Shown in pieces: positions 1 to 12,500 of a DNA stretch of 64,000 nt. Each line of letters starts with the position of its first letter. The first letter of the stretch is position 1. Made by a program: the position numbers and the translations under genes. The stretch is taken from contig NC_059437.1 of NCBI RefSeq assembly GCF_021028975.2, forward strand, positions 32,116,001 through 32,180,000. Direction: 5' to 3'. The DNA comes from Sphaerodactylus townsendi (lineage: Eukaryota). The notes under the pieces are model-generated. The model was not told the DNA's origin. It saw only the letters and a list, made by a program, of their open reading frames with translations, and did not search any database.

Positions 1-882
1 TTGCTTTGCAAATTCCGGAAGCAAAATTCAGATTTCCTGTAAATTCTGGCATTTTGAGGTGCAGAAATAAAATCACAAGGGCTCCTGTCACCTTTCAGCA
101 GGGCAATAGAGTCCCTGTGTTTCTAGCCTAGCAACTGATGCCCACCCTTGGTATCCTGCATCTGGACTGTCATAACACAAGCAATAAAGATGTCTTTACG
201 TAGGACTGCCAGCTTTCCTCAGACTCCCACCAGTCGGATAGGAAAAAGTTCAAGAGGGACCTCCTGCCATGACAGAAAGGAACCCCTCTGGAACGTCTGC
301 CAGTGTGTAGATATAAAAATGGTGGGCAAACCGAAGTCTTGGTTGCTGTTCTAATTTGGCAAGCAAAGGGGTGGGAGGATGCCAAGCTAATGGGGGGAGA
401 GGAGAGGGCAAACTGCTGTTCTCCCCAGTTACACATTTCTGTACCAAAGTCACAGTATTAAAAGCTGATTTTACAGTTCTGCCTTCAGTCATTTGTCTTC
501 AGGGCTCTCATCTGTAACTTAAAATACCAAGAGATACAGACTTGTGGTAAGTGGGACAAGCTTGTATTCCCAGTGGAAGACTGACGTGGAGATGAGAAAC
601 AGGTGTGCACCCGCCCCCGCTCAGGGAAGGGCCCTGGCATCTGGCAGGGACTGTGTGTGCTCAAACTGCCCCCCTCCCCTGGACTGTCATAACACTTATC
701 CCTCCACATGTGTTTGAAGGCTACTCGCCCCAGTCACAATAATGTACATAACGGTGGCTGTTCTTCGATGATGTATCCAGGACTCTGAATTTCAGTGTTA
801 ATCATCTCGTACACTGGTGGGTGGGGCAGGGTTCATAACTGGCAAGATTTTGAGCGTTTGCACAGTGTATACTTCTATAGTT

Positions 883-997
883 GAGGAGAAATTGACGCAG
901 CCAGCCTCGTACCATGGAAGAAGAGTGACACAATCATTGAGGAGGAGAAATTGACACAGCCAGCCTCGTACCATGGAAGAAGAGTGACACAATCATT
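883..997. repeat. Direct tandem duplication, 2 x 56 nt (period 59)
   Basis: gaggagaaattgacRcagccagcctcgtaccatggaagaagagtgacacaatcatt at 883 and 942, one mismatch. Confidence 0.9.
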
Positions 998-2849
998 TTT
1001 CTTTCAAAATGTGTTTGCAGCCCTCTAAAAAAACAAACACATTTTGGTGCTCAAAGCAGCTTTACGAAGTCATCCATACCTGAGCAGGTGAAGCAGTAAC
1101 AGCAACATGCTAGTCCAGCAGACTGTTTTACCATGTCTCTCCTCCAAGAAAGGTAATTGCCCCCTCACCCCAGTTCTAGGGTTGGGTGATTCACACATAT
1201 ATGCTTACCCCTCAACTTCAAGTAGTAATTTGCATGCGTGACTCTTATCACACACCACAGGGTGTTTCAAAAACAGACAGTTCATACATTCAGTTATATG
1301 ACAGACGGCAAAGGTTCCTTCGTGGACTCCTTGATCAATCTTGCTGCATTGCAATGCTGCTGGATGGAAAATGCGCTCTGCTGACTATGGAGACCAAGGC
1401 TTCAGTTCTCAGAACATTCTCCTGAGAGTAAGTCCCATATCATAAAACTATCATAAAACGGTTTTTGATTGCCCCATCAGGTAGGGTTTAGCGAAGTGGG
1501 GCCAATTCAACTGGGCTTGGTTTGCTTGTATTCAACAATTCAAACCTTACTTTTTCTGTCCGAGACAGCATGGAATGAATTTTTTGATATGATTGTGGGA
1601 AAAGTGGCTGTCAGGTCCAGTGCCTGACTGGCTAGTGCCGGTACAACACGCATCAGGAACCTTTTAATTCCACCCCCCAGCAGCTTCTTTTAAATGTTCA
1701 TATTTTTAATATGGAAGAATGTAACATGTATCCATCTAATTATTCCAAAAATAACAGCCATGTAATATCTTTAGATTAGGGCCACCCACAATAGCATAAA
1801 AGAGTTTTCTATATTCTGTTCCACATAAAGATGATAGTACATTGTATATTCCTCCGCCACAGAACAAAGCATGCCAGGCCTTCTTTGTTGTAGAATGCTC
1901 AGCCTGGGTCCTAGTGCCTACCTAGCCTTGCTCCCCCATCCATTTGAAAGTAACAATACATTTTGGCATAAATGCTTTTGTATCAAAGTACCATGTTCAA
2001 TAATGCACAAGATAATGCCTTCGTCAAAGGCAGCATGTAAAGATGAATGATACTTCTCATATTTGTTTTGGGATTATATTCTAATGTGGATGCATACAAC
2101 TTTCTCAACTGTTGCACCTCAACTAACCAAACTATCGTCTTTATGTGAAACAGAGTCTAGCATCCTTCATCAGGTGGGATGAAAGCCCTATCGGCAACTT
2201 GTAAATCACACATAGTATTTATTACTACAGGTACTAAAATGGTATTGCACAACTGGTGTTTTTGGAATTTTGCTGGTCTTTACCGCCTGTGCACATGCCA
2301 CTTTTCAATAAAGGATGGCTAGTCCACCTGAAGCAAGACTGATGAGGCACCAGGGCTCAACTTGTTGCTAGGCAAGCATTTAAGTCAAGCAGCTGGTTTC
2401 ACAGCATGTAGATAAGAACCTGCTGCAGCCACTGCTAAAATGTTTTGACTGTCTTTGCTCCAAGTGGTCTCTGCCTCTCCACACCCAATAGCTATGCAAT
2501 GGCACAGGAAATGCCTGCCTGGGGAACAACAAAAGACCACAGTCTCCACAGTATTTGCACAAGTCACTTGCCTACTTTCCTAGTGATCCCGAGGGAAGAG
2601 GGGGGTCACAAAGGAGAGTGCCCGGCAACACTGTCATTGAACTGCAAGGACGTGCAAAGCTGTGCTAGAGGAAGTGCTTGCCCACAATGTCACTTTGCTC
2701 CAGGTTGGAGGAAGGAGTCAACAGCAAAGGGGAACAGACTGCCACGGCTTCCATGCTGGGCCAGTCAGAGGAAGGGAATGACCCTCTAAGAGCACACATG
2801 CAGCCGGAGGCGGGTCATTCCAAGGTCCTGGTAGCTGCAGAGTACTTAC

Positions 2850-2904
2850 CTAAATATAACCCTTGTACCATGTACACTCACCCTGCAGGAGGGGTTATAA
2901 TTAG
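2850..2904 (+). promoter_or_regulatory. Two MEF2 consensus sites upstream of the connexin
   Basis: CTAAATATAA (2850-2859) and TTATAATTAG (2895-2904) both fit YTAWWWWTAR. A CCAAT (about 2988) and an E-box CAGCTG (about 3078) lie nearby. Confidence 0.4.
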
Positions 2905-3651
2905 CAAAGTGCCCAGGCCAAAAATAAAGGCAGAGGAGATTGCCCCCAACCCCCAGTGGCTACTGTGCCAGTCAGTCAGGGCAAGAGCCAATAAACAGCA
3001 AAGCTTAGATGGCAACAAAGCCCCTGCCTTGGACAACAGAGACTCGAGCTCAGTTCTCCGGTGGTGGCACCAACGAACAGCTGGTTAGGCGCTCCTGGGC
3101 TGTTGCTTTTAGCTCCCTTTGAGGGGGGCCTCCAATGCTGTTTCAGCAAGAGAGGCTCGGTGGGATCGCCGCTGCTTGATGCTGGTGCTTCTGAATCTGA
3201 AAGTGCTGTTTTGCTGCAGGTGGGTGGAACACAACCACAGGGATTTTTCTGTCCTGCCTCAGTGGCCCTGGCCTTTGGCTGCATGCATACCTGTAGTAAC
3301 CATTTTTTGTACGTTCTCCCTTATGGGGTAAAGCTATTCGGTCATACGGAACATGCCAAGTGCTGAGAGCAAGATTTAAATGCAGAAAAGAGATGGAGCT
3401 GCTACTCCCTGCCAGTAACAGGTTAACCAGGCCTTGGGCCTCTGGTCAGGTTAAACTCAGGCTTTGAGAGACACAATGGGTACAACCAGGGAACAAAGGC
3501 GGAATGAGCCTGTTCGGCTGGCTTAGCACAGGTAGATCCTGCCCCTCCTGGCACCCTTGCTCCCTTTGTATTAACGGAAGGCGCTGCAGTGCCAGTTCCT
3601 CTAATCGTGTCTGCCCGTCCCTCTCTTTCAGGGCAAACAAATCTGGTGCCC

Positions 3652-4578
3652 ATGGGGGACTGGTACCTGCTTGGAAGGCTGCTGGAGAGCGTGCAGGAGC
3701 ACTCCACAGTGGTAGGCAAGGTCTGGCTGACGGTCCTCTTCATCTTCCGCATCCTGGTTCTGGGTGCTGCTGCAGAGAAGGTCTGGGGGGATGAGCAGTC
3801 CAACTTCTCCTGTGACACCAAGCAACCAGGCTGCCAGAGTGTCTGCTATGACAAGACTTTCCCCATCTCCCACATCCGGTTCTGGGTGCTGCAGATCATT
3901 TTTGTCTCCACCCCCAGCCTCATCTACCTGGGTCACATCCTGCACCTGGTACGCATGGAACAGAAGGAGCGAGAAAGCCTGGAAGCTCAGGGCAGTTGCC
4001 CTGCAGGACAGCCTAATCCCACCAAGGGCTCCATTCGGGATACTCAGGGCAGGATCCACCTCCAAGGGGTCATCCTACGAACTTACATTTGCAACATCAT
4101 CTTCAAGAGCCTCTTTGAGGTGGGCTTCATCTTGGGCCAGTATATCCTGTACGGTTTTGAGCTGAAGCCTCTCTACACCTGCAGCCGGTGGCCCTGCCCC
4201 AACACAGTCAACTGCTACATCTCCCGCCCCACTGAGAAAACCATCTTCATCCTCTTCATGCTAGCCGTGGCCTGCCTCTCGCTCCTACTCAACATAGTAG
4301 AGATGTTCCACGTGGCCTTCGTCAAACGCAGGGTGAGACAGCCAACCAGACACAGTCCAGGTGCTAAGGAGGCAGCTATGGGTCCTGACCCCCACGGGCC
4401 CAGCAGCTCTCCTTCATCCCACAGGATAACTTTGCAGCCTGGTGACAAGGCCATTAAGGGGGACAGCCCTGGAGAAGGGATGGTGAATGACAGCCCCACT
4501 TGGGTGGCAAGCCAGAAGCGAGACAGCAGGTGCAGCAAGAGTGGCAGCAAATGGAAGCCCAGCGACCTAGCTGTTTAG
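3652..4578 (+). CDS. Alpha-group connexin, GJA3-like (gja2 / Cx39.9 lineage), 308 aa, single coding exon
   Basis: Starts [38 protein letters not shown]; EL1 C-x6-C-x3-C ([12 protein letters not shown]); EL2 C-x4-C-x5-C ([12 protein letters not shown]); [11 protein letters not shown]; C-terminal DLAV resembles a PDZ ligand. Splice acceptor ctctctttcag at 3621-3631, 20 nt before the ATG, is typical of connexin genes. Family is certain; the subtype is from recalled similarity to fish Cx39.9 plus position next to ZMYM3. Confidence 0.93.
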   Translation: MGDWYLLGRLLESVQEHSTVVGKVWLTVLFIFRILVLGAAAEKVWGDEQSNFSCDTKQPGCQSVCYDKTFPISHIRFWVLQIIFVSTPSLIYLGHILHLVRMEQKERESLEAQGSCPAGQPNPTKGSIRDTQGRIHLQGVILRTYICNIIFKSLFEVGFILGQYILYGFELKPLYTCSRWPCPNTVNCYISRPTEKTIFILFMLAVACLSLLLNIVEMFHVAFVKRRVRQPTRHSPGAKEAAMGPDPHGPSSSPSSHRITLQPGDKAIKGDSPGEGMVNDSPTWVASQKRDSRCSKSGSKWKPSDLAV

Positions 4579-5164
4579 CCTGCCATGTGCTGTGCGAGAA
4601 GACAGTGAAACAGTAGAGCTGATATGATCAGCCTAGGACCCAAACCTTGAAGCCTCTCCCATTGTCTGGCTAGAAAAGATGAAACACAGACGCCAGGAGC
4701 CTCGAAGAGTGGAACTGCGGGGAGAGCTTAGAAGACCCCTCTTGTTGCCTGGGCCTGTCCTTCAGCCCTGTCCACGCCTCTTTCAAGACAGACAACAATA
4801 GCTGTGTAGAGAGACAGGAACAGAGGCTGCAGAAGTGGTCTCCCCAACTCAGCAGAAAGCTCTGGGCTGATCTCGTAGCAAAACAGAGCATCTCACAACA
4901 AACTTTCTGGCTGCCACAGTCCATACTCCCATTTTTAAAGAGGATGTGGAAAGAGCTACCCCTTTTGTCTCACAGAGAGAACAGCAGCAAAGACAGCACG
5001 AAAGTGTGCTGGATGTGGGGACCAGGCTTGGACCTGGGAGGAGGTCTGCAGAGCCTCTCGCCACCTAGTGGTCAGGAGCAGACAGGGACACACAAGCAGC
5101 AGGATGACACTCCTCTGTAGGCTCCACAGTGCAAAAAAGGAGGAGACTGAATTTGCCTCTCATC

Positions 5165-5348
5165 GACACATCAGCCTGCCAGATCACTGGCCTGTCAAGG
5201 GACAGTATTCTGATAGGCAGTGGCTCTCTCGGGTCCCGAGTTCAAATCCTTCAGTTTACCTACTGCCTAGCCTTTTCCCTAACTGGAGACACCAGGGGTC
5301 TCTGCATACAAAGCAGATGCTCTAGTACTGAGCCACAGGCCCTCCCCA
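5165..5348 (-). mobile_element. Old tRNA-headed SINE between the converging connexin and ZMYM3 3' ends
   Basis: aactggaga...gcagatgctctagtactgagccacag; related copies at about 10058-10250, 22650-22840 and 33590-33775. Confidence 0.55.
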
Positions 5349-5488
5349 CGGTCTCGGATGCCCACTGGTGCATAGGTTCCAATACTACGGAAAAGGGAAC
5401 CAACCCGCACTCCCTCGTCAGCAGAAGCGGAGGCAGCAAACTGTCCTCCGCCGAAAGAGAAGCAAAGACGGCGTGCAGGTTTTGTGCC

Positions 5489-5494
5489 TTTATT
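5489..5494 (-). terminator. ZMYM3: Probable ZMYM3 polyadenylation signal (AATAAA)
   Basis: tttatt on the + strand about 815 nt past the stop, followed on the minus strand by U-rich sequence. Confidence 0.6.
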
Positions 5495-6308
5495 TGAAAT
5501 GAATGGTTTCCAGAGGGACATGGAGCAGGCCCTAACGCCCCGGCATCACTACAATGAGACCGGCGACTGGCTCACTTGTGACAAAGACACAGACAGGGGC
5601 TGGGCCAGAACAATATATACAGGCTTGACAGACGGCACCACCACCAGCCATAGCTCAGAGTTCAACGCAACACACACACACAAACGGGGAAGGAGCGGGG
5701 ATGCCGGGCAGCCGCTGCCCCGTGGGATGGTGGGCAAGCTATGCTTTGAGGAAGCAGGGCAGGAGACTGTCCAGATGTCATTGGGGGGCCTGCTCCCTCG
5801 ACACACAAAGTATCCAGCTGGGGGAAGGGGTAGGGGAAGGACTGCCACCCAGAGGAGAGAAGAAAGACCTAAGCAAAAGAATGTGCACAGGAGGAGCCCA
5901 GGACCCCTCTCCCCACCCACCCCCATCTGGGAAAGGCTCACGCCCACAGAGCTGGACTTCCCCCCCCAGGGGCCTGACACCAGCCAGGATGTTCTCCATG
6001 TCCTCCCCGCCCCAAAGAATAATTCCTTAAGCTCCCCCCAACCAGCCGAGTGCCACAGAAGACCCTGGCCAGGGGAGAAGGAGCAGGCAAACAGGCACTC
6101 CTAGGCAGCGCAGGAAGAGGGGGGAGTGCAGCAGGCACTGGCCCCTCAGGAGGGTTGTCACTAGCATGAAGTGGGGCATGTTCAAACGTCCTACGTGCCT
6201 GTGAACCCAGGCAGGGAAGGGGTTGCTAGTCACACCTCCCCGCCCCCTACCATCTGGCTGGAGCAGTGCTGGGCCCCACAGTCTCCCTCCGGCCAGGCTG
6301 GTCCTGGC

Positions 6309-6510
6309 TCAGTCCATATCGTCATCCAGACCTCCGCCCCCACGGCTATGCTCCTCATAGATTTCACGCACGGCCAGGATTCGGTTCAACATGCTCTCGA
6401 GCATGCTTCTGTCCATAGGGATGACCGAGTACCATAGCGGCGACTCGGCGATGCACGAGCGCTCCGGCTGCAGGTAGAACACGTCACTGCGGTTTCGAAG
6501 GTTCTCGGGG
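6309..6510 (-). CDS. ZMYM3: ZMYM3 last coding exon
   Basis: PENLRNRSDVFYLQPERSCIAESPLWYS...REIYEEHSRGGGGLDDDMD*. Confidence 0.95.
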
Positions 6511-9500
6511 CTGTGGGCCGGAAAAAGAAAAACGAGAAGGCTCACTCCAGGGGGAAACAAAGAGGAGGACATTGGCAGGGGCTTAGCCAGAGCCCCCACT
6601 TCTGCAACACCTTCATTGTGCGTCTGGAGCCTTTGCAGGAAACAACACCTGGCCAGGAAACGGGATCCGCGCAGCTATGCAGCAACACAGAGGACCAAAC
6701 ATCCAACCTGATCTGAATATATCTCTTGGTGCTGCTCACATGAAGCTGATTTTCAAGCTGGACTTTTCCACACCCACCATGACCTGTAAGTGGCCATGAC
6801 CCCTTTCCATGTCCTTTGCAATCAATGCCTTTGTGGACGTGGACGTTTCATTTTTCTGACAGTTTCTCTCCACACCCACATCAATGGTGACCAGCTGGGA
6901 TGATCCTGACACTGCTCACGCCTCTCTACTACACTTCCACTGACATCCCCCTGCCCAAGGACTCTGCCCACTATCTGGCCACCTTGCTGGAACCCCTCAC
7001 CATTTGGAGAGATAAAACTCGTAGAACTTGACTGGGCATCGTAATGGGTTCATGCGGTTCTCTCGCTGCTCGAAGACCAGTGCTTCCTCCTCCCGCTTCC
7101 GTTTGCCAAGGCCGCTATCTGCAAGAAGAGAGGCAGCTGGGTCAGGGGTTGCCCCCAAGGCTGATGGGCAGGAAAAGCACGCATGCAGAAAGCGCTCCCT
7201 ACCTCGCCCCTTCCGGTGCCGTACAGGAGCATAGTAGCGGATGCTCACCACCTTGGTGGTGCCCCGTGCCGTGGTGCACTTGCGCGACTGTCGCACAACG
7301 TTGGTGAAGGAGAGTTGCATGTGCTCTTCAGCTGTCTGCAGCCCAAAGAACTTGGTGTTGAAGAACATGAGGGTGTTGAGGAGCACAAACGGGGAGTAGA
7401 CGCCCAGCTGCTTGCATTCCCAGAGGTGCTCTTCTTCCACACGCGAGAAGACCGTGTCTGCAAACATACAGGCCAATCCACCTCCGTCAGAGCACCGCCA
7501 GCCACAAAGCAAAAGAGCCCTTATGAATTGAACTGAACCAAACTGCTGCAGAACCGAACTACACTAGGAAGTGTGGGAGTGGGCCAGCCCCGCTGTGGCT
7601 TCTCAGAGTCTACGGTGCCACACCCCTTCAGAGCCGAGCCAGGCCGGGAACATCTTCCCTTTTGGATCTGCTATCAGCAATCCAGCTACTTGGTTGTGGT
7701 GTGTTCGAATATGCTTGGCCAGAAACAGGTAAGGAAAAGCCAGTCAGTCATTTCTCAGTAGTCTGGGGAAAAGACAGCCCAAACAAAATAAACCTAAATG
7801 CTTTATCTTGCTTCTATGGCTCACGTAAAATTGTTATTTTCTATGCTGCACATGAATGTGGAAGTTTAACAGGGCATCAAGTTTGGGCGTAGGTTTAAAG
7901 TGCAACTCATCCTTAGCCCTTAGTGGACAAGCTCTATTCATTTGCAAAAAAACAAAAATACAGACCACAATGACGCTCTTTCTGGAGTTCCTGTGAAAAC
8001 AACCTGCGAGATTAACAGTGCCACTGATTTCAAGGGGCTTAGAAGGGTGTAACTCTGCCAAGGATGGGACTGCAGGATTGTAAATGCAGCAGCAAGCATA
8101 GAGCACAGTGATTAATCTAAACAGAATCAGCTGTTTGTGGCAGGGAAGATGAGGACACTGGGAACAAAGGCTGATTTAGAGGCATCCAGACAAGGGGGGG
8201 GGCGCACCACAACCATCTTTCCTTGTGGACAGCTGACTGCCTGCTAACCCTTTCCCAGCATCAGACCAGCTCTCTGCCCAAAGGCCCTCTGAAAACTCCA
8301 GGGAGCCAGAACAGGAGAACAGAGCTCGTGCTCCTCAAACCACATACTGTTGGGCAGGATCATGGTGGGCTGCCAGCCGCTCAGTATCTTGTTGAGCTCT
8401 TGCACGAAGGTCAGGTAGTAGAGGTCAGTGAAGATATTCACCATGCGATTGTTTTCTAGCAGATACTGGTAAAAGCGGGGGGGGGGGGGGAAGGAGCATA
8501 GAATCAGTCAGGGAATGCAAGCTGAGCTCTCCCCCATCCCACCCCAGCCTGTAGCAAAAGCAACTGCAAACTGAGCAACTTCCAGACTCCCAATACATGG
8601 TATTTCCAGTTGCAGAACAGCTGTTTGCCCATGGGTTGAGGTCAGTGGTGGGATTCTAATTATTCAGCTACCGGTTTGCCCACCCCCCCATACATCCCAC
8701 CGCTGCCGCCCACTTACCTGGCTGCTATCCGCCCCCCACCTTTTTGATGTTGGGCAAGGGGGAGGCGAGGGATGGCGGCAGCTGCGGCTTGGCCTGCGTG
8801 CCACCGGGGCAGGCCAAGCCTCAGAGTGGGCCGTGCGGCCTGGGGGGCCCCCCTTTCTTGGGCCAGGTGGGTGACGGCTGTCCTGCTGGAGCAGCCCAGG
8901 CCTCCTAGATGCTGCCCTAGCCTGGGAAGGCCACCACTGTGCACCCTGCCGGGGTGGCCTTCCTGGGCTAGGGAAGCAGCCAGGAGGCCTGGGTGACTTC
9001 CAGCAGGGCTGCGGCCACTGGAGGCCCTTGTAGGGAGGAGGCTTCTCGAGCCAAGAAGCGGTGGGGGGGGGGGCGGTTTGGAGGCGGCCAGGAAGTGCTG
9101 GGGGGGGGGGGGCGCTGACCGCCTCCAACCCCCCCTCCCGCTTCCTGGCTTGGGAAGCCTCCTCCCCGAGATTCCCTCAGATCAGGCTGCGCACCTGGGC
9201 TTGTGGTACAGCCTGCTGGGGTGGCCCTCCCAGGCACATGGCCTGATCTGCAGCCGGCCAGCCCCCACCCCGCCAGCACTTCCTGGCCGCCTCCAACTCT
9301 CATTCTCCCCCCGACTTCCCAGCTCGGGAAGTCTCCTCCCCGCCACAAGTTCTCCTCCCCATCCTGAGCTCCAAGATACTAAAAGCCCCGTCGCTCCCTC
9401 TCCCAGGGTAGGGGGAGCGAGGGGGCTTTTAACAACCGGTTCAGCCAAACTGGCTGAATCGCATCTCTGGTTGAGCTACAGAGAAAGACCTCCAACCCTT

Positions 9501-12500
9501 TGCTTGCTTGATGCTGACATACATGATGTGGTCCTCTTGCTCCCTAGCAAGTAGGGAGAAAGTGGGTGAGGCCAGGGCCTTCCTACCTGCTGTATGCCAA
9601 GGCAGAGGTAATAGATGCTGTCAGGCTCATAACGCTCGCCATTGGGCCGGGTGACTTCCTTGACAAACTGAGCTAAGCCGTAATTAAGCTCTGCTGCTGT
9701 GCAGGCCAGGATGTCCTCTTTGATTCGCATGGGCTTGGCTGTGGGAACGGCAACATGGAAGAATTAGGGTACAAGGGAGAGTTTCAAATTTCCCAGCATC
9801 CTCCACCTCTGACACTCCCATCTTCTGCAGCCACTGTCACCTTCAACCCACACTTACGGCCAAAGCGCAGCTCATCACCCTTGCTCGATTCACCTCCGGC
9901 GTACTTCGCTTGCACCCAGCTCTTCCAGGCATTCACGCCATAGGAATAGTTGAGTGCCGAACAGCTGGGCTGGCTGCTCATGGAGTCCCGTGAACAGCTC
10001 TCAGACAGCACCAGGCGCTTCTGGCCCTGAAGCAAGGAGAGAGGGCAGTCTTCATCACACATGAAGCTGCCTGATAGTCAAGCAGATTGCTGCTCTATCC
10101 AAGTCAGTATTGTCCACTCTAGCAGTGGCTCTCCAGAATCTCAAGTCAAGGTCACATCACCTACGGCCTGATCTTTTAAGCTGGAGATCCTAGAGATTGA
10201 ACCAGGAACTTGCCTGCATGCAAAGCTGGTGCTCTGCCACTGACCCCCACATGCATTTGTAAAAATCAAGGTTGCAGTCAGAACCATTATCACTGGGAAG
10301 CGATCCCTGCACATCCAGTCATCACAGTCACTTAAACAACAGCATGTCCTCATCATTCCTCCTAGGTTGAGCATCTGCTGACCGCTTCATGATCCAAGAT
10401 TCCATAGGTGGTTGCACAGGACCCCCTTGGATTCTCCCGCCCTTTTCTAGCAAGTTATTCCACAGTATGATCGTAACACAGTCTATGGAGAAGGGCTGCC
10501 TTTGAAAAGTTTTGGAGGCAGCAGTTCGTCTCAGATGCAGGACAGATGGTAGGACAAGCCTCTGGGGACATATTACTCCCATTATTCCTACTGAACTGGT
10601 AATTTATTTTGGGTCCCACTGTAAAGTGCTGGCTAGAGCTTTGACACTGTAATTTTAATAGGACCACAGGAGCTCAAGAACTGCCTATTTCCCCAGAGGT
10701 TTGCCCAGGAAGCAAGGTCATCAATGGAGGTTGTTAATGACACCCCCAGGCCAAAGTGCAGTCCACAGCTACAAGAGAGAAGGAAAATTCTCCAGACTAG
10801 TACCACAGTGGTGGCATTTTTCTACCCTGTTTGTCTTTCTACCATGCACTGAATTGTCCTCTGCAGGAGACCCGTTGTTGGCTACCCAAGAATACATATT
10901 GCCTGGTTTCAGGGACATGCTTTGAGTTTTTATGCAAGCGGTTTTAAATGAAGATTGGCTGAAGATTTTTCTTGCATTGCTTTATTGTAATGTTTAAACC
11001 AAGCTGGAGAGTCCTTTCTGATTGAAAAGGTGGGATGTCCACTTTAGAGCCACAATGAACATTGCTGCTTCTCCAACAGCTAGTCTCCCAGGTGTGTTGG
11101 GCTGGGAGGAGAACTCACCTTGCGGATGGCACGAGGGAGATCTTGGTCAGTGGAAACATCCTCTGGGCCCACCAGGCCACAGTCAAAGAGGAAATCCACA
11201 CTGGGATTAATGTCCAAGGGGTCTGGGAAGAACAAGGAAAGATGGTCTGTGATATAACAGGCTTCTCAGATGCATGTGACCCTCATGATCTTGGCTTACA
11301 AGCTTTGCTATACGTGCATAGTGAAGTGGAGCACAGCCCACACAAACACAATCTCTTCTTTCCCTGGTAAGCATTGACCTAGACCCGTGGTGGCGAACCT
11401 TTGGCACTCCAGATGTTATGGACTACAATTCCCATCAGCCCCTGCCAGCATGGTCAATTGGCCATGCTGGCAGGGGCTGATATGAATTGTAGTCCATAAT
11501 ATCTGGAGTGCCAAAGGTTCGCCACCACTGACCTAGACCATACCAGCCCTGAAGACCTGGAAGAGAGCTACTAGTCAGCCACTGACCTCTCTCTATCCCT
11601 CTTGTGAGCTCTGCAGGTCACACCTACCTGTCCCTTCTGCCTATAGAGGTAGAAGGCAGGGACCTGCAAGACATTTGGGAGAGCTGCTATCTCATTTCCC
11701 CACTTTTGCTTCCTTCCCTTCCCCCTACTTCTTTCAGTCTTTCTCTCTCCTGCCACCCCTTCTCTTTATCTCTCTGTCCTCCATGCTTGTCTCTTTCTGT
11801 CCCCATCACCCTCCTGGCCTCCTATCTCCTTTCTTTCTCCTTCCATAGCAACAGTGGCAGCAGCAGCAGATGTTTATCTGGAGATCAGTTTTAAATCTGG
11901 GTGATCTCCAGGTCTCGTCTGGAGGTTGGCAACATCAGTTCTCATGGAAGAAATGGCTGCTTTGAAGGGTGGAGTCTGAGGTCCCTCCCCTCCTCAAACC
12001 CCACCCTCCCCAGGTAGCTTACATTAATCCCCACTCCTCCTTTTTATCTACAAAACAACCCTGTGAGGTAGGTGAGGTTGAAAGTATGTGGCTGAGCCAA
12101 AATCACCCAGTGAGCTTCCATAGCAAGATGGAGACTGCAACCTGGCTCTCACAGACCCTACTCAAATCTCTAACCCAGGGGTGTCCAACTCTGGCGCTTC
12201 AGATATTCATGGACTGCAATTCCCACCAGCCCTAATTAAATAATTAGAGCAGGGGATGATGGGAATTGTAGTCCATAAACATCTGAAGCGCCAGAGTTGG
12301 ACACCCCTGCTCTAACCGCTACACCACACTGGCTTTCAAAGGGCAGTTGCTGTTGAACAGTAGCAAGAAGCCAGGCCTCGTTGAGTCATGTTAGTCAGGT
12401 GGTTATCAAGTCACCCAGAGGTTGCTGCCAAGCCTAGGTGGGACCTGGAGATGTCCCAGAATTACAAACTAAACTCCAGACAACAGAGATCAGTCCCCCT

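Noticed and set aside
883-997. CRISPR-like array
   Set aside because: Eukaryotic DNA; two adjacent copies with no spacers.
1-2300. GJB1 expected here by synteny
   Set aside because: No beta-connexin coding sequence is visible; at most unrecognisable 3' flank.
3589-3651. 21-aa N-terminal extension of the connexin in the ORF track
   Set aside because: It starts at GTG and crosses a splice acceptor at 3630-31. MGDW at 3652 is the conserved connexin start.
5484-6104. 206-aa plus-strand ORF
   Set aside because: Antisense to the ZMYM3 3' UTR, non-ATG start, and no protein family features.
8664-9554. Long ORFs as a possible transposase
   Set aside because: Low-complexity GC-rich interior of an 827-nt non-autonomous element; no DDE or hAT motifs.
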